NCBI GenBank assembly: GCA_963781935.1
Contig: CAWAHX010000006.1
Location: 4,481 to 68,480, forward strand
Source of the DNA: an uncultured Solirubrobacteraceae bacterium
Lineage (GTDB): Bacteria; Actinomycetota; Thermoleophilia; Solirubrobacterales; Solirubrobacteraceae
DNA: 64,000 nt
Direction: 5' to 3'
Position numbers and translations under genes: made by a program. The notes beneath the pieces are model-generated. The model did not search any database. It was not told the DNA's origin and saw nothing but the letters and a program-made list of their open reading frames with translations. This document shows, in pieces, positions 28,992 to 39,154 of this stretch (within the stretch, counting starts at the first letter, position 1; each line of letters opens with the position of its first letter).

Positions 28992-31412
28992 TCAGCTGGG
29001 GCGGACGACCTCGAGCCAGTCGAGCGGCCGGTCACAGAGCGAACGCCACTGCGCCACGGGCACCGTCGTCAGCTGCGAGCCCTCGCCCTGAGTCAGCACG
29101 ATGCGATCCAGCCACGCCGGCGCACCGTTGCCGGGCTCGAGCCCGCCGCCAAGGCGGACCAGCTCGATGACGTGGCGCCCAGGGGAGAGCCTGACGTCGA
29201 GTGGCGTTGCGTAGTTCCCCTCCCCGCCCGTCTGCTGCGCGACCGAGCCGATCTGGCGGCCGTCGACGCTGACGTGCACCGCACGCGTGATCTGACCCTT
29301 CAGCCAGACCCGCCAGAGCCCCGCGCGCGGGACGTTGACGCGAGCCGTGAGGCGCCCGGGGCCAAGCAGCGACACCGCCCCACCCTGAAGTTCCCCCCAC
29401 GCGGGGCTTCTCGGCTGACGGCTTGGCCTGATGACGACCGGCTGCGGGCGAACGGCGGCGAGCAGCCCCCCGCCGGCCCTGCGCGCGAGAGCCGCCGCCG
29501 ACGCCACCTCGGAGCAGCGCGCGATCCCCGTCGCAGAGGCATCCGACTGCAACCCGACATGGCGCAGGATCATGTGAGCCCGAGCCGGATCGCGCTCCCA
29601 GACGTCGTAGTAGGTGCCGCGGCGCACGAGGCGGTAGTTACTCGGCGGCCGGCTGGCCTCCGCGGAGCGCCGCACGACGATCAGCCGCTGGTTGCGCAGG
29701 CTCGCGGCCGGAACCTGGTCCAGATCGACCGATTGCCCGTATCCGGCGCCGCCGCCACCGACGAGCTCCTTGAAGTTCCCCGGCCCGAAAGCGAACCCCG
29801 GGCCGGTCGCGCTGGAGTCCTTCAGCGCGTAGAACGCGAACTCGTCGAAGTCCGGAAGGTACGTGGCACCGCGGTGGGCGAACTGCTTGCCGATCGAGAT
29901 GAGCTCGTTGTAGCGCGCGGTGGGCGCGCGATTCGTGTCGTGGTACAGGAGCGCGTCGGACCACAGCACCCCGGTCGCCAGCACGACCGTCAGGACGACG
30001 GCCTCCAGCCGGCGTCGCGTGGTGACCAGGGACGCGACCCCGGACCAGGCGAACACGGCGAGGACCGGGGAGGTCAGCATCACGAGCTTCGCGTCGGTCC
30101 ACGTCGTGCCGCGATCGGTGAGCACCTTCCAGATCAGGAGCAGCCCCACGAGCCACGCGAGCATCACCCAGGCGTTGCGACGGACGAGCTGCACCCCGCC
30201 GAGCGCCACGGCGATGAGCACGGCGCCGATCAGCGCGAATGTCATCCACAGGTGCTTGGGCGGATCGACGCGGTACTGGCCGTGCAGCCAGACGCCCAGC
30301 GCCTGCACCGCATGGAGCGGCTGCAGCAGATTGCCGGGATCGCTGGCGAACGCGGTGTTGTCCTGTGACAGGCCGCTGGCGAGCCGGTACATCGATGTTG
30401 CGTCCAGCACGGTAGGGAGCGCCGCGAGGGCGGCCGCCGCCGCCGTCGCGACAACAAGCCAGGCGACGTTGGCCACGGTGATCCGGCCGGCGCGGACGGC
30501 ACCCACGAGCAGCACGGCGAGGATGGCGAGGGCGACGGCGATCCACGCGGCGAACGCGATGCCGATCGCCGCCAGCCCCGCCGCCGCGACGACCGCGAAG
30601 GGGATGCCCGTGCGCCACCCGCGTAGGAGCCACAGCCGGTGCTCGACCAGGAGCGCGCCCAGCAGGCAGATCAGCGGAAGCGCCGTGATCTCCTTGATCG
30701 ACCCCTGCAGCGTGTAGGCGTACACGAGCGCCGGCGTTGCGCACAACACCGCCGCCACGGCACCCCACGACGCGCCGAGCCCGGCTCGGCGGACCAGCAC
30801 GTACAGCGACGGGACGCTGAGTGCCACGAGGGTGGCGAGCAGCGGCTGATAGAGCCAGATGAGCGACTCGGAGAACAGGCCGCCGAGGCCGCCGAGCAGC
30901 GTGTGCCCGCCGGACGGATAGCCCAGGCCGAAGTACCCGTGGAGATACTGCGCGTAGGACGAGTCGTTGCCGAGCGACCCGAGGCCGCGACCGTACTCGA
31001 CGATCCGCTCAGCGCCCGCGAGGTGCGTTCCCGTCGTCGTGTCGAGGAGATACCCGGGGACGGTCACGCGACCGCCGAAGAGCACCGGCGCGATCACCAG
31101 GACGTATGCGCCCACAGTGCCGATCGCCACCGCGCGCGCACGGTGCACCCCATGCCAGAGCTCGACGACGCGTCCCCGGCGAAGCAGATACCCGGCGATG
31201 CCCGCGACAGCCAGGACGAACGGCGTCAGCGGAGCGGAGAACCCCCATCGCGTCGTGATCTGGCTGAGGCAGATCAGCCCGCCGATGCCCACCAGCGCCA
31301 GCAGGATCCCCCGGATCCGCCAGCCCCCTGCGGCCTCGAGCAGCAAGCCCACACCGAGGGCCAGCCCGACGACGACCGCCGGGAAGACGACCGTGGCGAC
31401 GATGAGGCTCAA
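28992..31412 (-). CDS. Large (806 aa) polytopic membrane protein with C-terminal carbohydrate-binding-module-like domain
   Basis: Intact ORF. About 14 hydrophobic spans are followed by a soluble region ending GLWRVWLKGQITRAVHVSVDGRQIGSV...VRLSPGRHVIELVR, a beta-sandwich-like pattern. The TTG start overlaps the upstream stop (TTGA). Confidence 0.6.
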   Translation of the reverse strand: MSLIVATVVFPAVVVGLALGVGLLLEAAGGWRIRGILLALVGIGGLICLSQITTRWGFSAPLTPFVLAVAGIAGYLLRRGRVVELWHGVHRARAVAIGTVGAYVLVIAPVLFGGRVTVPGYLLDTTTGTHLAGAERIVEYGRGLGSLGNDSSYAQYLHGYFGLGYPSGGHTLLGGLGGLFSESLIWLYQPLLATLVALSVPSLYVLVRRAGLGASWGAVAAVLCATPALVYAYTLQGSIKEITALPLICLLGALLVEHRLWLLRGWRTGIPFAVVAAAGLAAIGIAFAAWIAVALAILAVLLVGAVRAGRITVANVAWLVVATAAAAALAALPTVLDATSMYRLASGLSQDNTAFASDPGNLLQPLHAVQALGVWLHGQYRVDPPKHLWMTFALIGAVLIAVALGGVQLVRRNAWVMLAWLVGLLLIWKVLTDRGTTWTDAKLVMLTSPVLAVFAWSGVASLVTTRRRLEAVVLTVVLATGVLWSDALLYHDTNRAPTARYNELISIGKQFAHRGATYLPDFDEFAFYALKDSSATGPGFAFGPGNFKELVGGGGAGYGQSVDLDQVPAASLRNQRLIVVRRSAEASRPPSNYRLVRRGTYYDVWERDPARAHMILRHVGLQSDASATGIARCSEVASAAALARRAGGGLLAAVRPQPVVIRPSRQPRSPAWGELQGGAVSLLGPGRLTARVNVPRAGLWRVWLKGQITRAVHVSVDGRQIGSVAQQTGGEGNYATPLDVRLSPGRHVIELVRLGGGLEPGNGAPAWLDRIVLTQGEGSQLTTVPVAQWRSLCDRPLDWLEVVRPS

Positions 31413-32529
31413 CGGTCGCGGCGCAGGCCGATGATGCTCAGCAGGAACGACGAGAAGAAGATCTGGATCCCGCAGATGATCAGCGTCGCGGCGGCGAGCG
31501 CCAGGCGCTCCTCAGAGAGCTCACCGAAGCCGCGGCTGATCCATTGCACGACGATCACGGTCGAGCAGATGAGGCCGATGAGCGTGATGACGCCACCGAG
31601 CATGAGGCCGTGCTCGAGCCGGAAGCGCGCACGCATGCGATCGAACCACGGGTCCTGCTCACCGAGGAAGTACGTGCCGTAGGCGTGTGCGCACAGCCCG
31701 AGCGAGACGACCTGCGTGCCGACGATCACGAACAACGCGCCGGCGATCTCCGCGTGGATGCCCCACGGTCGCCCGATGAAGTTCACCTGCACGAGCGAGG
31801 TGAGCATCACGAGCGCGCCGAACACGGTCATCACGAGCCCGGGGATCAGGAACAGGTGGTTCGGGCTGTGGACCAGCAGGAACCGCAGGTGGCGCCAGCC
31901 GTCGCGGAAGGTCGAGAGCTTCGACTCGCCGCCGCGCGGGTGGTACTCGATCGGGAACTGGCGGATGTCGAGCCCGCGCTTGCGCCGCCCGGATCACCAT
32001 CTCGGAGGCGAACTCCATGCCCGGGCGTGCGCAGGTCGAGGACCTCGAGCTTCGAGCGGCGCACCGCGCGCATGCCGCAGTGGACGTCGCGCACGCCGGT
32101 CTTGTAGAGCAGGTTGAGGAAGCCCGACAGGATCGGGTTGCCGACGTACCGGTGCAGCCACGGCATCGCGCCCGGGCTGGATGTTGTCCATCCGGTCGCC
32201 CATCACGAGGTCGGCGCCGTCGTCGAGCTCGCGCGACGAAGTTCGGGATCTCGGCGAAGTCGTAGGTGAGGTCGGCGTCGCCCATCACGATGTACGTCCC
32301 GCGCGCCGCGGCGAACCCGGCGAGGTACGCGCTGCCGTAGCCGCGGCGCGGCTCGGTGACGACGCGCGCACCGGCCGCCGTGGCGAGCGCGGCGCTGTCG
32401 TCCGTCGGAGCCGTTGTCGGCCACGACGACCTCGCCCGAGATGCCCGCGTCGGCGAGCGCCTCGAGCGCCGCGTGGACGCACTCCTCGATGTTCTCGGCC
32501 TCGTTGAGGCACGGGATCACGACACTCAC
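31409..32529 (-). pseudogene. Polyprenol-phosphate glycosyltransferase (GT2 with C-terminal TM helices, GtrB/ArnC-like); about 5 frame breaks
   Basis: Colinear pieces in three frames: MSVVIPCLNEAENIEECV...GEVVVADNGS, then VVTEPRRGYGSAYLAGF...MGDADLTYDFAEIPNFV, then MGDRMDNIQPG, then MPWLHRYVGNPILSGFLNLLY...VHCGMRAV, then GMEFASEMVIRAA, then KRGLDIRQFPIEYHPRGGESKL...four TM helices...LRRDR. Breaks are near 32405, 32235, 32165, 32010 and 31975. Confidence 0.6.
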
Positions 32530-32734
32530 GAGGAACGCGTCCTCGTGGTGGCAACGGGCGCGGCGGGACGTGTCGTCTGCTCGAGGGTGCTCATGCCGAG
32601 TGAGGCCGTTGCGGTGCGGCCCGAGAGCTACAACGCGCGGCCCGGGCGAAAGTTACGCCCGGTGGGGGACGTCGAGGATAGCCCGCGAGCGCCGCGCGGC
32701 GAGCGCGCGCGGCGTTGTCAGGAGACTGATCGCC

Positions 32735-33899
32735 GTGCGCGTCTGCCTGGCCTACGACTGCCTCTACCCGTGGACGGTGGGCGGCGCCGAGCGCTGGTAT
32801 CGCAGCCTCGCCGAGCGGCTCGTGCGGGAGGGCCACGAGGTCACGTACCTCACGCGCCGCCAATGGGACGCGGGCGACGAGCCGCAGATCCCCGGGGTGC
32901 GGGTGGTCGTGGTGTCGCGCTCCGACGAGCTCTACGGGCCGGACGGCAACCGCCGCGTCGGCCCGCCGGTGCGGTTCGGATGGGGCGTCCTGCGTCACCT
33001 GCTGCGCCACGGCCGCCGCTACGACGCGGTGCATCTGTGCTCGTTCCCGTACTTCTCGGTCCTCGCCGCCGCCGCCGCGCGGCCGCTCGGGCGCTACCGG
33101 CTGGTGGTCGACTGGTTCGAGGTCTGGAGCGCCGGCTACTGGCGGGAGTACCTGGGCCCGGTCGGCGGCCGCATCGGCCGTGCCGTCCAGCTTCTGTGCG
33201 CCCGCGTTCCCCAGCAGGCCATCTGCTTCTCACGCCTGTTCGCGGCCCGGCTTCAGGCGGAGGGTCTGCGGCGGCCGCCGCAGATCGTCGGCGGGTTGTA
33301 CGGCGGCGACCTGACCGCGCCCGAGCCGCATGCCGCTGAGCCGCTCGTCCTCTTCGCCGGCCGCCAGATCGCGGAGAAGCGCGCGCCGGCCGTGGTGGCC
33401 GCGATCGCTCGCGCGCGAGCCCGTGGCCTCGATGTCCGTGGGCTGATCCTCGGCGACGGCCCCGAGCACGCGCTCGTCAAGGCGGAGATCGCCGCTCACG
33501 ACCTCGAGGGGGTCGTCAGCGCCCCCGGGTTCGTCGACCACGACAAGCTCGAGCAGGCGATGCGCGATGCGCTGTGCCTGTTGCATCCGTCGACCCGCGA
33601 GGGCTACGGCCTCGTCGTGATCGAGGCCACGGCGCACGGGACGCCGGTCATCGTGGTCGCCGGTGAGGACAACGCGGCGGTCGAGCTCATCGAGCCTGGC
33701 GTGAACGGCCTGGTCTGCGCGTCGGCGGACCCGGACGACCTCGCCGACGCCCTCCTGGCTGTCCACCGTGCGGGCCCGGCGCTGCGCGAGAGCACGTGCC
33801 GGTGGTTTGCGGCCAACGCCCCGTCGCCTGTCGATCGAGACGTCGCTCGACCTGGTCGCCGCAACCTATGCGGGCGACCCGCCGACCGCGCGCACGTAG
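32735..33899 (+). CDS. GT4-family glycosyltransferase; one frame break near 33825
   Basis: VRVCLAYDCLYPWTVGGAERW...LVLFAGRQIAEKR...LHPSTREGYGLVVIEATAHGTPVIV (EX7E region). AGGAG lies 8 nt before GTG 32735. The last ~24 codons (SIETSLDLVAATYAG...) are in another frame and end at TAG 33897-33899. Confidence 0.7.
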
Positions 33900-35002
33900 C
33901 TCGCCGCCGTCAGCTCGGCCGTCCGCTCCCAGGTGAACGCGCGCGGCCTGCCGGACGCCTGCCGCTCCGAGCCGCTGCGCGAGCTGCGGGTCCCCCAGGA
34001 CGCGCTCGAGCGCATCACGCAGTCCGGGCGCATCATCCGGATCGACCAGCAGCGCGGCGTCGCCGGCGACCTCCGGAAGCGATGACCGGTTCGACGTCAC
34101 GACCGGGACGCCGCGCGCCATCGCCTCCAGCACCGGAAGGCCGAAGCCCTCGTAGCGGGAGGGCAGCGCGACCACGTCGGCGAGCGCGTAGAGGCCCTCG
34201 AGGTCGGCCGCGTCGAGCCACGCAGGGAAGCACACGCGATCGTGGAGGCCCAGCGCGTCGGCACGGCCACGCAGCTCCTCGTCGTACGCCGTCCGGTATC
34301 CGGGGACCACGAGCGCCGGCCGCTGCTCGGCCGGCATCAGGGCGAGCGCCTCGAGCACGGCCGTGAGGTTCTTGTGGGGTCGCCGCGCCCCGGGGCTGAG
34401 CACCACCCGTCCGGCCGGGATGCCGAGCCGCCTGCGCAGCTCGGCGGCGTCCGTGGCGATCTCGGGCCGCGGCGGCGCGGCGGCCAGCGGGACCACGTCG
34501 ATGCGCTCGCGCGGCACGCCCAGCTCGCCCACCAGGTCGTCCGCGGTGGACGCGGCGTCGACGATCACGCGCCGCGAGCGGCGGGCCGCCGCCGGCACGA
34601 GCACGCGCATCCCGAGCGCACGCAGGCCGAAGTGCGCCTCGGGCACCTTGCAGGTAGTTGAGGTCGTGGATCGTCGTCACGCGCACCTGCCTGCCCGCGC
34701 AGCGGCGCCGTGCTCGCGAGGCTGTGGATCACGTCCGCGCCGACCCGCGTCGCGATCCGCGGGACGTACTGCTGCTCCCCGCGCACCCATTCGATGCGGT
34801 TGCGCGCGCGGACAGGGACGACCTCCATCGGACAGACCTCTCCCCAGGGTCCGTCGCCGGCCTCGGCCGCCTCCCGGTTCACGAGGCAGGTGATGCGCAG
34901 ATCGTCGCGCGCCGCCAGGCGCGGCACGAGCTCGCGAGCGTAGACCTCCATGCCTCCGACCTCGCCGGGAACGAGGTAGACGAGGTTCAGGGCGACGTGC
35001 AT
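33866..35002 (-). pseudogene. GT4-family glycosyltransferase; two frame breaks (~34670, ~33950)
   Basis: MHVALNLVYLVPGEVGGMEVYAREL...ADVIHSLAST, then VTTIHDLNYL...VLSPGARRPHKNL...ALPSRYEGFGLPVLEAMARGVPVVTS, then FTWERTAELTAASYV. It overlaps the convergent GT4 gene by 34 nt. Confidence 0.65.
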
Positions 35003-35035
35003 AGGAAGGTGTGGCGAGGGGGCGACCGGCACGCC

Positions 35036-35041
35036 TAACCT
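35036..35041 (+). promoter_or_regulatory. Candidate -10 box TAACCT, 9 nt before GTG 35051
   Basis: TANNNT in the 48-bp divergent region. Its complement gives TAGGTT for the opposite strand. Confidence 0.35.
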
Positions 35042-35050
35042 ACTACCCGC

Positions 35051-35977
35051 GTGCCGGCCTCCGACCTCGTCTCAATCGGGATACCGACCTACGGCCGAGC
35101 GGACCGCCTCGAGCGCGCTGTGCGCTCGGTCCTGGCCCAGGACCATCGCGAGCTCGAGCTGATCGTCGCCGACGACGCGTCGACGGACGACACGCCGCAG
35201 ACGTGCGCACGCCTCGCGGCCGAGGACTCGCGCGTGCGCGTCGTGCGGCACGAGCGCAACCTCGGCCACGCTCGCAACTTCCGCTGTGTGTTCGAGCTCG
35301 CGACCGGGCCATGGTTCATGTGGCTCTCCGACGACGACTGGATCGATCCGCGCTACGTCTCGCGCTGCCTCGGCGTCCTGCAGACCGACCCGGGGGCCGT
35401 GCTCGTCGGGGGCCGCGCGCGCTACTACGACGGTGAGCGCTTCGTCGCCCAGGAGCGCGCGACGAACCTGCGCAGCCCGCGCGCCGCCGCGCGCGTCGCG
35501 CGCTACTTCGCCCGGGTCGACCTCAACGGCCCGCTCTACGGCATCGCGCGGCACGAGACGCTGCGGCGCGCGCCGTTCGAGGCGGTGATCGGCGGCGACT
35601 GGCTCGTCGTCGGGCAGCTCGCCGCGCTCGGCACCGTGCAGACGCTCGAGGACGTCCACGTGAACCGCTCGGCGACCGGCCTGTCCTCGGATTCGCACGC
35701 GCTCACGAGCGGCGAGTTCGGCCTCACCGGCTTCGATGCGCGTCAGCACCACGTGCTGATCGCGCGCACCGTCGCCGGGCGGATCGTGCGCGGCGAAGGC
35801 ACGTTCGGCGCCATCGGCCGGGCGCCGCTGCGCGCGCTCGTGGCGCTCGTCTCCGCGGGCGCGATCCTCGCCCGCTTCTCGCTGCTGGGGATCGTCCGCC
35901 GCGGGCTCGATCGCTTCGGTCTGCTGCCCGCCGCGCGCCGGCTGATCGCTCCGCTGCGGGCCGCCCGCCACCGCTGA
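35051..35977 (+). CDS. Family-2 glycosyltransferase
   Basis: LVSIGIPTYGRADRLERAVRSVLAQ...LELIVADDASTDDT...FMWLSDDD. Intact 308-aa ORF. Confidence 0.8.
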   Translation: MPASDLVSIGIPTYGRADRLERAVRSVLAQDHRELELIVADDASTDDTPQTCARLAAEDSRVRVVRHERNLGHARNFRCVFELATGPWFMWLSDDDWIDPRYVSRCLGVLQTDPGAVLVGGRARYYDGERFVAQERATNLRSPRAAARVARYFARVDLNGPLYGIARHETLRRAPFEAVIGGDWLVVGQLAALGTVQTLEDVHVNRSATGLSSDSHALTSGEFGLTGFDARQHHVLIARTVAGRIVRGEGTFGAIGRAPLRALVALVSAGAILARFSLLGIVRRGLDRFGLLPAARRLIAPLRAARHR

Positions 35978-35986
35978 GCGCCGGCT

Positions 35987-36757
35987 TCAGGCGCGGCGCA
36001 GGACGAACGTCATCGCCTCGCCGCGCCCGAGCGCCGCACTGATCGGCGACTGCACCTTGTAGACGACGTCCTTGACGCTCGCGGGCCGGCCGATGACGTA
36101 GTTCGTCGTCTCGAAGTCGAGCAGCTCGAGGCCGAGCGGCTCGATCGCGTGCAGGAACGACTCGCGGGTGAACTGCCAGTAGTGCTCGTGCGGATGCAGC
36201 GAGACCCAGTGCTCGCGCCGCAGCCGCGCCATCCAGGAGCCGAAGTTCGGCACGCCGACGACGAGCAGCCCGCCCGGCCTCAGCCGCTCGGCGCCGTAGC
36301 GCAGGTCGCCGACCGGATCGAGCAGGTGCTCGACGACGTGGTTGAACACGACGACGTCGTACTGCGCGGTCGCGGGAACGGCGAAGACGTCTCCGGCCAG
36401 CACGTCGAGCCCGAACTCGTCGCGTGCGTGACGCGCCGCGTCCGGCGAGATCTCGACGCCGGCGACGGTCCACCCGCGCTGCTCGGCGGCGGTGAGCAGC
36501 AGTCCGCTGCCGGTCCCGACGTCGAGCAGACGGCCCGGCGGCGTGTGGCGCTCGATCAGGTCGAGCAGGTCGTTGAAGACCGCGAGGAACTCGTCACGCC
36601 GCTCGTAGTAGCTCTGCGTCGCCGTGAAGTAGTCGAAGGAGTACTCCGGGGGCTCAGCGATCTCGATGCGGACCTGCCCGCACGGGCAGCGGACGACCGG
36701 GGCCCCGGCCGCCGTGAAGAGCACGTCGGCCTGCTCGCTCCCGCAGATGCACTTCAC
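35987..36757 (-). CDS. Class I SAM-dependent methyltransferase with N-terminal Cys-rich motif
   Basis: VKCICGSEQ...VRCPCGQ (zinc-ribbon-like), then RLLDVGTGSGLLLTAAEQRGW...VVVFNHVVEHLLDP...LRPGGLLVVGVP. GTG 36757 overlaps the upstream stop (GTGA). Confidence 0.75.
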   Translation of the reverse strand: MKCICGSEQADVLFTAAGAPVVRCPCGQVRIEIAEPPEYSFDYFTATQSYYERRDEFLAVFNDLLDLIERHTPPGRLLDVGTGSGLLLTAAEQRGWTVAGVEISPDAARHARDEFGLDVLAGDVFAVPATAQYDVVVFNHVVEHLLDPVGDLRYGAERLRPGGLLVVGVPNFGSWMARLRREHWVSLHPHEHYWQFTRESFLHAIEPLGLELLDFETTNYVIGRPASVKDVVYKVQSPISAALGRGEAMTFVLRRA

Positions 36758-37602
36758 CTTCCGGCTCCGCTGCCGGGTCGCTCGAGCTCGGCCTCGAGCT
36801 CCGCGTAGCGCTCGCGCACGGCATCGCCCTGCTGAAGCTCCCACAGCATCGCCTGCGCGGAGAACAGCGCGAACGGCTGGAAGATCGCCTCGATGATCCC
36901 GGGCATCCCGTCGCGGAACCCGGTGCGCCGGACCATCCGCCGGCCGAAGTCGAGCGCCATGACCTTCGTGAACGTCCATGCGGTCACCGGCGGCGCCCCG
37001 GCGGCGTGGAGGGCGGCGGCCTGGAGCTGCCCATAGCGGATCGCCTTGACGAGGTTCTCCTGCATCGAGCGGTGCGAGAAATGCCAGCGCTCGGCCCGCA
37101 GCTCGGCGATCCGGTCCGCCGGAACGTCGAGCTGCTCGTGGACGCTGCCGTGGTAGCGGGCGTGGTCGCGGCGGACGATCTTGACGTGGGTCTCGACCCA
37201 CCCGCCGTGCTCCATCCGCACGCCCCAGAAGAAGTTCACGGTCGGTGAGCGGTACGCGAGGATCCGGCCCTCGTCGCGGGCGAGCGCCTGCTGGAGCTCG
37301 GCGGCGAGCGCCGGCGTCACACGCTCGTCGCCGTCGCAGTAGACGATCCAGTCGCCGGTCGCCGCATCGACGCCCGCATTCTTCAGCTGCGCGTAGTCCT
37401 CGAACGGCACCACGAGCACTTTGTCGGTGTACCGCCGCGCGACCTCGGCGGTCCCATCCTCGGTGCGGTCGTCGACCACGACGACGATCTCGTCGCAGAA
37501 CGCCAGCAGGCGCAGCGCACCGTCGAGCATCGCCGCCTCGTCGCGCACCGCCAGCACCGCCGAGATCGTCGAGCGCCGTGGCTCGGAGGGAGTCTCAGAC
37601 AC
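36754..37602 (-). CDS. Family-2 glycosyltransferase
   Basis: TISAVLAVRDEAAMLDGAL...EIVVVVDDRTEDGT...VYCDGDERV...HFSHRSMQENLVKAIRYG. Intact ORF. Confidence 0.8.
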   Translation of the reverse strand: MSETPSEPRRSTISAVLAVRDEAAMLDGALRLLAFCDEIVVVVDDRTEDGTAEVARRYTDKVLVVPFEDYAQLKNAGVDAATGDWIVYCDGDERVTPALAAELQQALARDEGRILAYRSPTVNFFWGVRMEHGGWVETHVKIVRRDHARYHGSVHEQLDVPADRIAELRAERWHFSHRSMQENLVKAIRYGQLQAAALHAAGAPPVTAWTFTKVMALDFGRRMVRRTGFRDGMPGIIEAIFQPFALFSAQAMLWELQQGDAVRERYAELEAELERPGSGAGR

Positions 37603-37612
37603 CGGCCGGAGT

Positions 37613-39118
37613 CTAGGCGCGCCGACGGGCGAGCATGCCGCCGAGCCGGCTGCGGACGGCGTGCGTCATCTCCGGCGGCACGAGCCGCAAGGCGAGCACC
37701 AGGCCGATGTAGACGGCGGCGGCCAGGACCGCGAGGACGATGTCCGGCACCCCCGGAACAGCTGCGACAGCCGCGGCCGGGACCGCCGCGAGCGCCGTCA
37801 GCCCGAGTTGGCGGAACGGCAGGTCGCGCCCGGGGCCGGCCCTCCAGAGGGCGACGAACGCGGCGAGCGCGTACGCGAGGTCTCCGGCGACGGCGGCGAA
37901 CGCGGCGCCCTTCGCCTGATGCAGCGGGATCAGGATCAGGCCCGCGACGAGCAGGGTCAGGAGCCCGGTGCCGACGGCGATCGCCAGGTCCCGCGCGCGA
38001 CCGAGGCCGATCAACGTCGGGATCCAGGCGGCGACGAGGAAGATCGTCACCGCCGCGAGGCACTGGATCTGCAGCACCGGCACGGCCGGCTCGTACTCCG
38101 GGCCGCCGAGCACGAGCACGATCGGCTTGGCCGCGATCGCCAGCGTGAGCGCGAGCAGCACACCACCGATGGCCATCACCTCCGTCGTGCGCCCGGTCAT
38201 GTACCGCAGGCGCTCCAGGTCGTCGCGGGCGGCGACGCTGAGCACCGGGAGGACGACGGAGATCAGCAGGAACGGCAGACCGGCGAGGATCTCCACGACA
38301 CGCGTCGACGTCACGAAGTAGCCGACCTGGTCGGCGTTCCCGGAGACGACGGACATCAGGATCACCAGCAGGCGGATGTAGAGGATCCCGAGGACGCTCG
38401 CCAGCGCCACCGGCAGGCCGACCGTGGCGAGCGCCCGCAGGCGCTCGCGCCCCCAGCGGGGCGCCACGAAGTGGTGACGGGCGAGCAGCAGCGGCGTCAC
38501 CGCGATCAGCACGACACCCACGAGCACCGAGGCGCCGAAGAACGGCAGCAGCCCCGCGCCGGCCACGGCGAGCACCACGAACGCGAGGAACAGCACGGCC
38601 TGCCGCAGGACCTCGTTGGCCGCGATCGTCCCGTTGCGCAGCTCGACGCTCAGCGGCAGCAGCATGGCCGCCTGGACGCTGGCGAGGAAGATCCCGATGC
38701 CCGCGATCAGCGTTCCCAGCACGAGCTGATGGTCGTATCCCGCGACGACGGCGAAGACGACCGCGACGACGACCCCGATCCCCGTGAGCACGATCCTCAG
38801 CCCCAGGATGTGCGAGAGCAGCTCGCGCCGCGCCGCGGCGTCGTCGAGCAGGGCGAGCTCCCGCGACCCGGTCAGGCTCAGCCCGGCATCGCTGATCCCG
38901 TACACGATGCTGACCAGCGCGAGAACCGTGCCGTAGCGGCCGAAGTTCGCGACGCCGAGGTAGCGCAGCAGGATGATCGCGCCGGCCGCGGTGAGCACGT
39001 TCGCGATGACGAAGCCGGCGACGCGCTGGGCGCCGCCGCGGACCACGCGCCCGCCGACCTGGTCGTCGGCGAGGACATCAGGTGGGCGGAGCCCAGCGTC
39101 AGCTCCTGCGTCGGCCAC
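37613..39118 (-). CDS. wzx: Polysaccharide/oligosaccharide flippase (MOP superfamily, Wzx-like)
   Basis: Intact 501-aa ORF with about 12-14 TM spans. The N-terminus RVVRGGAQRVAGFVIANVLTAAGAIILLRYLGVANFGRYG is typical of polysaccharide biosynthesis (PST) flippases. TACGCT lies 6 nt before GTG 39118. Confidence 0.7.
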   Translation of the reverse strand: MADAGADAGLRPPDVLADDQVGGRVVRGGAQRVAGFVIANVLTAAGAIILLRYLGVANFGRYGTVLALVSIVYGISDAGLSLTGSRELALLDDAAARRELLSHILGLRIVLTGIGVVVAVVFAVVAGYDHQLVLGTLIAGIGIFLASVQAAMLLPLSVELRNGTIAANEVLRQAVLFLAFVVLAVAGAGLLPFFGASVLVGVVLIAVTPLLLARHHFVAPRWGRERLRALATVGLPVALASVLGILYIRLLVILMSVVSGNADQVGYFVTSTRVVEILAGLPFLLISVVLPVLSVAARDDLERLRYMTGRTTEVMAIGGVLLALTLAIAAKPIVLVLGGPEYEPAVPVLQIQCLAAVTIFLVAAWIPTLIGLGRARDLAIAVGTGLLTLLVAGLILIPLHQAKGAAFAAVAGDLAYALAAFVALWRAGPGRDLPFRQLGLTALAAVPAAAVAAVPGVPDIVLAVLAAAVYIGLVLALRLVPPEMTHAVRSRLGGMLARRRA

Positions 39119-39154
39119 GGCCTGAGCGTACCCCCGACGCAGGAGCGCCGGGCG

